This document shows positions 58,947 to 64,000 of a DNA stretch of 64,000 nucleotides, in pieces. How positions within the stretch are numbered: the stretch's first letter is position 1; the number at the start of each line of letters is the position of its first letter. A model generated the notes under the pieces. It worked only from the letters and a program-made list of their open reading frames with translations, searched no databases and had not been told where the DNA came from. The stretch spans positions 9,603-73,602 of the forward strand of contig SVLZ01000002.1 of the NCBI GenBank assembly GCA_015067665.1, written 5' to 3'. The position numbers and the translations under genes were made by a program. Origin of the DNA: Oscillospiraceae bacterium. GTDB taxonomy: Bacteria; Bacillota; Clostridia; Oscillospirales; Oscillospiraceae.

Positions 58947-61346
58947 TTACCGACGTTTCATATGGGCAGAAGCAGCCTTAGCCATTAGCTTCTTAGTGCC
59001 CTTTTCATCAAAGACGATCTCCCAAAGAGCATCGTTGCCCATCTTAATGACAGACAGAACCATACCCTTTCCAAAGGCAGTATGCTCCACCATATCGCCC
59101 TTTTTGAGCTCCAGCATCACACTTGCCTTCTCGCTGACAGTGGAGTATGTGTTGGTTTTGGGTGCCTGATAGCTACCGCCGGACGGTGCAGGGGTGCGGT
59201 ATGGCGTAGAGTAGGTAGTCTGAGGACGTACAAATGCGCCTTTCTTTTCCGATACATCCAGCGGTACTTCCTTCAGGAAACGGGACTGGAGTGCCGCATT
59301 GGTACGGCCATAGAGCATACGCTCTCTTGCATAGGAAATTGTCAGCTTTTGTTTTGCGCGGGTAATGGCCACATAACAAAGCCGCCGCTCCTCCTCCAAT
59401 TCATCCGGGTCTCCAAAGGAGCGGACACCGGGAAACAAGCCTTCTTCAAAGCCCACAAGATATACATAAGGAAATTCAAGTCCCTTTGCCGCGTGCATCG
59501 TCATAAGCACAACAGAATCGTCGCTGCTATTGTACTCATCAATATCTGTATACAGGGCAATTTCTTCCAGAAAGCCTGCCAGTGTAGGTGTTTCCGTATT
59601 TTCCATATATGCCTTAATACTGGAGGTAAGTTCTCTGATGTTCTCCAGTCTGGTCTTGTTTTCCTCCGTAGGCTTGCTTTGGAGCATTTCTATATAGCCT
59701 GTTCGGATCATAACCTCTTCGTAAAAGTCAGTGAGTGAAATATCCGTCTCCAAAAGCTGGGTAAGCCCTTCGATCAGGATGGTAAAATCCATGAATTTCT
59801 TTGCGGATTTTTCCAGCGGACCGTAATTATAAGGATCAGAAACTATATGGTACAGTGGCATTTCTTGGGCGGTTGCCAGTCGTCTTGCCATATCCATAGT
59901 CTTTTCGCCAAGACCTCTGGGAGGATTATTGATAATGCGGTTAAGGCGAAGATCGTCGTTTCTGTTATTGATAACACAAAGATAAGAAAGCATATCCTTT
60001 ACTTCCGCCCGGTCAAAGAAGCGCATACCGCCAACGACCTTATACGGGATGCCGTTTCTGCGCAGCGTCTGTTCCAAAACATTAGACTGAGCATTGGTAC
60101 GGTAAAGGACTGCATGGTCACTGTATTTACCGGTACGAACAGCGGACAGAATCTGTCCGGAAACATAGGAAGCTTCCTGGGTCTCATTAAGTGCTTCATA
60201 AATGGTGATTTTATCGCCCACAGAATTGGTCGTCCAAAGGCGCTTGCCTTTGCGTCCGATATTATGGGCAATTACCGCATTTGCAGCTTTCAGAATGTTC
60301 TGGGTAGAACGGTAATTCTGCTCCAAACGGATGATACGGGAATTTCGGTATTGTTTTTCAAAATTAAGAATATTCTCAATTGTCGCACCACGGAAACGGT
60401 AAATACTTTGATCATCGTCACCGACAACACATAAATTCTCATAGCCTCCGGCAAGCAGAGATGTAAGAAGATATTGCAGATGGTTGGTATCCTGATACTC
60501 ATCCACCACAATGTACTTAAACTTCCGCTGATACCGAGTGCGAACTTCCTCATTTTCCTGCAAAAGCTTGACGGTCATAAAAATCAGATCATCAAAATCA
60601 AGGGCATTATTCTCCTTGAGCTTGCGCTGGTAGAGTCGGTAAGCCTTTACAATGGGGTCTAAGCGGCTGTCACCTGTCTCCCAAATACGCTTCTGCATAT
60701 CCTCAGGGGTACTGTAGTTATCCTTCTCCCGGCTGATAAAACCGAGGACATACTTAGGCGGGAACATCTTATCATCCATATTAAGCTCTTTGAGCACAGC
60801 CTTCATAAGTCGCTCGGAATCGGAAGAATCATAGATGGTAAAATTCCGTTCGTAACCCAATACCTCTATCTCCCTGCGGAGAATGCGGCAGCAGGCGGAG
60901 TGAAAGGTCATTGCCCAAATACTTTCAGCGCCACATCCGATAGAAAGAGAAAGACGCTCCTTCAGTTCATTGGCAGCCTTGTTGGTAAAGGTGATTGCCA
61001 GGACGCTCCAAGGTGCAGCCGGCTCAAGTGCACACAGATAATCTGCGCGGCATTTTTCTTCTTCGGTACAGGGATATTGCAGTCCTTCCAGGAACAAAAC
61101 ATCCTCTTGGGTAACCGTATCGGGTACCTCATCCGTGTCGCTTCCCCGACCGAATCGCAGAATATTCGCCACGCGGTTAATAAGCACCGTCGTTTTGCCG
61201 CTGCCTGCACCTGCAAGCAGAAGCAGCGGTCCTTCTGTGGCAAGGACCGCTTTGCGCTGCTCGGGATTGAGCCGCATAAACTGGTTTTCAATATAGGTTC
61301 GCCGTGCAGCGACAAACCGTCTTAAATACGCATCATTCATAAGCAT
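58947..61346 (-). CDS. pcrA: ATP-dependent DNA helicase PcrA/UvrD
   Basis: AGAGSGKT, VDEYQDTN, LEQNYRST, TMHAAKGLEF, EEERRLCYVAITRA. Confidence 0.96.
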   Translation of the reverse strand: MLMNDAYLRRFVAARRTYIENQFMRLNPEQRKAVLATEGPLLLLAGAGSGKTTVLINRVANILRFGRGSDTDEVPDTVTQEDVLFLEGLQYPCTEEEKCRADYLCALEPAAPWSVLAITFTNKAANELKERLSLSIGCGAESIWAMTFHSACCRILRREIEVLGYERNFTIYDSSDSERLMKAVLKELNMDDKMFPPKYVLGFISREKDNYSTPEDMQKRIWETGDSRLDPIVKAYRLYQRKLKENNALDFDDLIFMTVKLLQENEEVRTRYQRKFKYIVVDEYQDTNHLQYLLTSLLAGGYENLCVVGDDDQSIYRFRGATIENILNFEKQYRNSRIIRLEQNYRSTQNILKAANAVIAHNIGRKGKRLWTTNSVGDKITIYEALNETQEASYVSGQILSAVRTGKYSDHAVLYRTNAQSNVLEQTLRRNGIPYKVVGGMRFFDRAEVKDMLSYLCVINNRNDDLRLNRIINNPPRGLGEKTMDMARRLATAQEMPLYHIVSDPYNYGPLEKSAKKFMDFTILIEGLTQLLETDISLTDFYEEVMIRTGYIEMLQSKPTEENKTRLENIRELTSSIKAYMENTETPTLAGFLEEIALYTDIDEYNSSDDSVVLMTMHAAKGLEFPYVYLVGFEEGLFPGVRSFGDPDELEEERRLCYVAITRAKQKLTISYARERMLYGRTNAALQSRFLKEVPLDVSEKKGAFVRPQTTYSTPYRTPAPSGGSYQAPKTNTYSTVSEKASVMLELKKGDMVEHTAFGKGMVLSVIKMGNDALWEIVFDEKGTKKLMAKAASAHMKRR

Positions 61347-61408
61347 ACCTGATTTTCAATAGGATGCTTATATTCTACTTCATTTTCTCCAAAAGGTAAA
61401 GTACAAAA

Positions 61409-62113
61409 TCAGCTTAAAATCGACTTTAAGTGGGTAAGCGCCTTTTTTTCGATTCTGGATACCTGTACTTGACTGACCTGAAGGACTTTTGCAGTTTGCT
61501 GCTGGGTAAGTCCGTGGAAGTACCGCAGACGGATCACCATTGTCTCACGATCTGAAAGGCTTGAGATAGCCTGATCCAATGCGATCTTCTCCAGCATTGC
61601 ATCCTCGGATTTCGTATCTGTCAATACGCTTTCGAGGGTGAACCCCTCCTCCCCTGTTTGCTGATGGATCGACTCAATATTTGCCGTAGCCATTTCTGCT
61701 ACCGCAATATCCTCAGGGGTAATACCGGTCCTAACCGCAATTTCGGAGACGGTCGGTTCTCTTCCCATTTCTGCTATAAGGGCACTGCGTGCACTCTTGA
61801 CGGTCGCTGCCCGTTCCTTTATCCCACGGGAAACCTTGACAGCACCGTCATCCCGGAGAAAGCGGCGGATCTCACCTGCGATCTTCGGTACAGCATAGGT
61901 AGAGAATTGGGTGCCAAATTCGACATCAAAGCCCTCCACTGCCTTTAGAAATCCGAGACAGCCCAACTGGTACAAGTCATCCGTCTCCACACCGCGCCCA
62001 AGAAAGCGACGCACAACAGCCCACACAAGACCGCTGTTTTCTTCCAGCAGCTTTTCCCGTGCGGTTTCATCTCCGGATTGACTTTTCTTAATTAAGTCAT
62101 ACGTGTCGTTCAT
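61409..62113 (-). CDS. sigF: RNA polymerase sporulation sigma factor SigF
   Basis: DDLYQLGCLG, FSTYAVPKIAGEIRRFLRDDG, SQVQVSRIEK; third gene of spoIIA. Confidence 0.93.
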   Translation of the reverse strand: MNDTYDLIKKSQSGDETAREKLLEENSGLVWAVVRRFLGRGVETDDLYQLGCLGFLKAVEGFDVEFGTQFSTYAVPKIAGEIRRFLRDDGAVKVSRGIKERAATVKSARSALIAEMGREPTVSEIAVRTGITPEDIAVAEMATANIESIHQQTGEEGFTLESVLTDTKSEDAMLEKIALDQAISSLSDRETMVIRLRYFHGLTQQQTAKVLQVSQVQVSRIEKKALTHLKSILS

Positions 62114-62541
62114 TTCCGTTTTTGCAGCTTCCTTCTCATATGTACCGTTGTCCCTTTGCCAACCTTACTTGTGGCAGAAAATGTGGTCATAAAGCTCTCC
62201 ATAATGGTAAACCCCATACCGCTGCGGTCATCACCACCTGTGGTAAACATTGGTCTTCTCGCCTGTTCCAAATCCGGGATTCCCACGCCCTTGTCCTTTA
62301 CTACAATGTCCAGCACATTGTCCTTGAGGATTCTGCACCGCAGCGTAATAATGCCGTACCCATTGGGATAGGCGTGGACAATACAGTTTGTCACTGCTTC
62401 CGAAACAGCCGTTCGAATGTCTCCCAGCTCTTCGAGAGTGGGATCCATTTGGGACGCGAAGCAGGCCACTGCAGAACGGGCAAAGGCTTCATTAGACGAT
62501 TTACTTGGGAACTCCAGTTGCATATAATTTTCAAATTTCAT
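62110..62541 (-). CDS. spoIIAB: Anti-sigma F factor
   Basis: NEAFAR, SEAVTNCIVHAY, RSGMGFTIMESFM. Confidence 0.96.
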   Translation of the reverse strand: MKFENYMQLEFPSKSSNEAFARSAVACFASQMDPTLEELGDIRTAVSEAVTNCIVHAYPNGYGIITLRCRILKDNVLDIVVKDKGVGIPDLEQARRPMFTTGGDDRSGMGFTIMESFMTTFSATSKVGKGTTVHMRRKLQKRK

Positions 62542-62855
62542 ACAGCTACCTCCTTGATCTCTACTAATTTGTCAATTCCTGATGCAGCAAAAACACGCAT
62601 CGGCTGTTCGCGTATGCCTATCAGGCAGAGCTTCCCCTTAATTCGTGTCATATTGCGTAAGGTGTTGATCACTACAGCGATGCCGGACGAGTCCATAAAG
62701 GTCACATCCTGAAAATCCAACACGCAGATACGAGGTTTATAGGCTTCGATCTTTCCGATGATCGTATCGATGTAAGCCTTCGCGCAATGGTGATCGATTT
62801 CTCCCGTAAGCGCCACAGTCAGCTGACTGTCCTGCAAATAGCTTGTTAAATGCAT
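62538..62855 (-). CDS. spoIIAA: Anti-sigma F factor antagonist
   Basis: GEIDHH, FMDSSGI STAS motif. Confidence 0.93.
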   Translation of the reverse strand: MHLTSYLQDSQLTVALTGEIDHHCAKAYIDTIIGKIEAYKPRICVLDFQDVTFMDSSGIAVVINTLRNMTRIKGKLCLIGIREQPMRVFAASGIDKLVEIKEVAV

Positions 62856-62986
62856 ATTCTGTCCTCCTTTGTAAGCTTCTATACAAGTATAAAAAAACCT
62901 ACCCATTTTTTCTGTCGTAATGGGTAGGACAAAAAAGAAAGTCGCGTATAACGCAGTGTTATACGCGACTTATTAAGCATATTTGA

Positions 62987-64000
62987 TTATAGTTTTGCCA
63001 GCGCTTCCCGGCTTTGCGTAAGCTGGGTGATAAGATTTCTTGCCTTTTCTGCCTTTTCACGCTCCGCGTTTACAACTGCTTCCGGTGCGCGAGCAGTAAA
63101 GTTCTCATTGGAGAGCTTGCCTTCGATCACTGCAAGATTCTTATTGGCCTTCTCCAGCTCCTTATCGAGCCGCTCCAGCTCCTTCTTGACATCCACGAGC
63201 TGACCCATAGGAATATAGAGCTTTGCATCAGCGGTGGTGCAGCAGACCATCTTGTCGATGTTTTCGGGCTCTTTATCAATAACCGTCACCTGATCGGCAT
63301 ATGCAAGCCGCTGGATAAAATCGCTGCCTTCAGTAAAGACCTGGGGCTTAGAGGTGAGAACAAACAGCGCAGCCTTGGTGGAAGGCGGTACATTCATCTC
63401 GGCCCGGCGGTTACGGATGGAGCGAATGGCGCTCATAACAGACTCCATCAGGCTCTCTTCCTTGGGGAATGCCAGCGCTTCTGTATAGACAGGCCAGTTG
63501 GCGGCGATCAGTGCCTCGCCCTCGTGGGGCAGGCTCTGCCATATTTCCTCCGTAATAAAAGGCATAAAGGGATGCAGAAGACGCAGTGTCTGATCCAGCA
63601 CATAGACCAGCACCTGCAGTGCGGTATTCTTCTGCGCCTCGTCATCGGAGTACAGTCTCGCCTTTGTCAGCTCGATATACCAATCACAGTAGGTATCCCA
63701 CAGGAAATCATAGACCTTCTGAATGGCAACGCCCAGTTCATACCGCTCCATATTGTCGGTAACCTCAGAAATGAGTGTGTTGAGCTTAGAGAGCACCCAC
63801 TTGTCAGCAACCGTCAGAGCGTCGGTCTCAGGCAGCGCGTTTATTGCATCCTCCTTCAGATTCATCAGCACATAGCGGCTGGCGTTCCAAAGCTTGTTGG
63901 CAAAATTACGCATTGCCTCGCAGCGCTCCACATAGAAACGCATATCGTTTCCGGGAGAGTTGCCCATAACCATATTCATGCGAAGAGCATCGCAGCCGTA
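62987..64000 (-). CDS. valS: Valine--tRNA ligase, C-terminal part (partial)
   Basis: RNFANKLWNA, YCDWYIE, LLHPFMPFITEE, C-terminal coiled coil NENFTARAP. Confidence 0.96.
   Translation of the reverse strand, partial: YGCDALRMNMVMGNSPGNDMRFYVERCEAMRNFANKLWNASRYVLMNLKEDAINALPETDALTVADKWVLSKLNTLISEVTDNMERYELGVAIQKVYDFLWDTYCDWYIELTKARLYSDDEAQKNTALQVLVYVLDQTLRLLHPFMPFITEEIWQSLPHEGEALIAANWPVYTEALAFPKEESLMESVMSAIRSIRNRRAEMNVPPSTKAALFVLTSKPQVFTEGSDFIQRLAYADQVTVIDKEPENIDKMVCCTTADAKLYIPMGQLVDVKKELERLDKELEKANKNLAVIEGKLSNENFTARAPEAVVNAEREKAEKARNLITQLTQSREALAKL

Overview
A 64-kb chromosomal segment from an endospore-forming Firmicute (Clostridia, Oscillospiraceae-like, inferred from gene content and order). 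The left arm (1-24 kb) is almost all on the + strand: tig-clpP-clpX-lon-engB, ftsK, the spoIIIA operon, nusB-xseAB-ispA and radA. The right arm (40-64 kb) is almost all on the - strand: xerD, pgm, coaD, uvrC, mutS2, era, ligA, pcrA, spoIIA-sigF and valS. The arms converge on the middle of the window, as expected at a replication terminus. At that point, just upstream of a host Xer-type tyrosine recombinase gene, lies a palindromic dif-like site (AACGCAACAAAA-N6-TTTTGTTGCGTT, 25251-25280), with a second variant copy (N8 spacer) at 37707-37738. Between the two copies is a ~12.5-kb T-rich element with no integrase of its own. It encodes a Rep_trans rolling-circle initiator with its nick hairpin, a gene-V-like ssDNA-binding protein, a Zot/pI-like membrane ATPase and membrane-anchored virion-like proteins. 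It also carries an unannotated protamine-like peptide, ribbon-helix-helix regulators, an array of small genes joined by a repeated self-complementary RBS motif, and a 65-nt CCA-ending tRNA mimic. The best reading is a candidate ssDNA provirus (inovirus/plectrovirus-like, possibly membrane-enveloped) that integrates by exploiting the host Xer/dif system (an IMEX). A structured host ncRNA candidate lies just outside the right junction. All calls come from reading motifs and gene context; no database searches were run.
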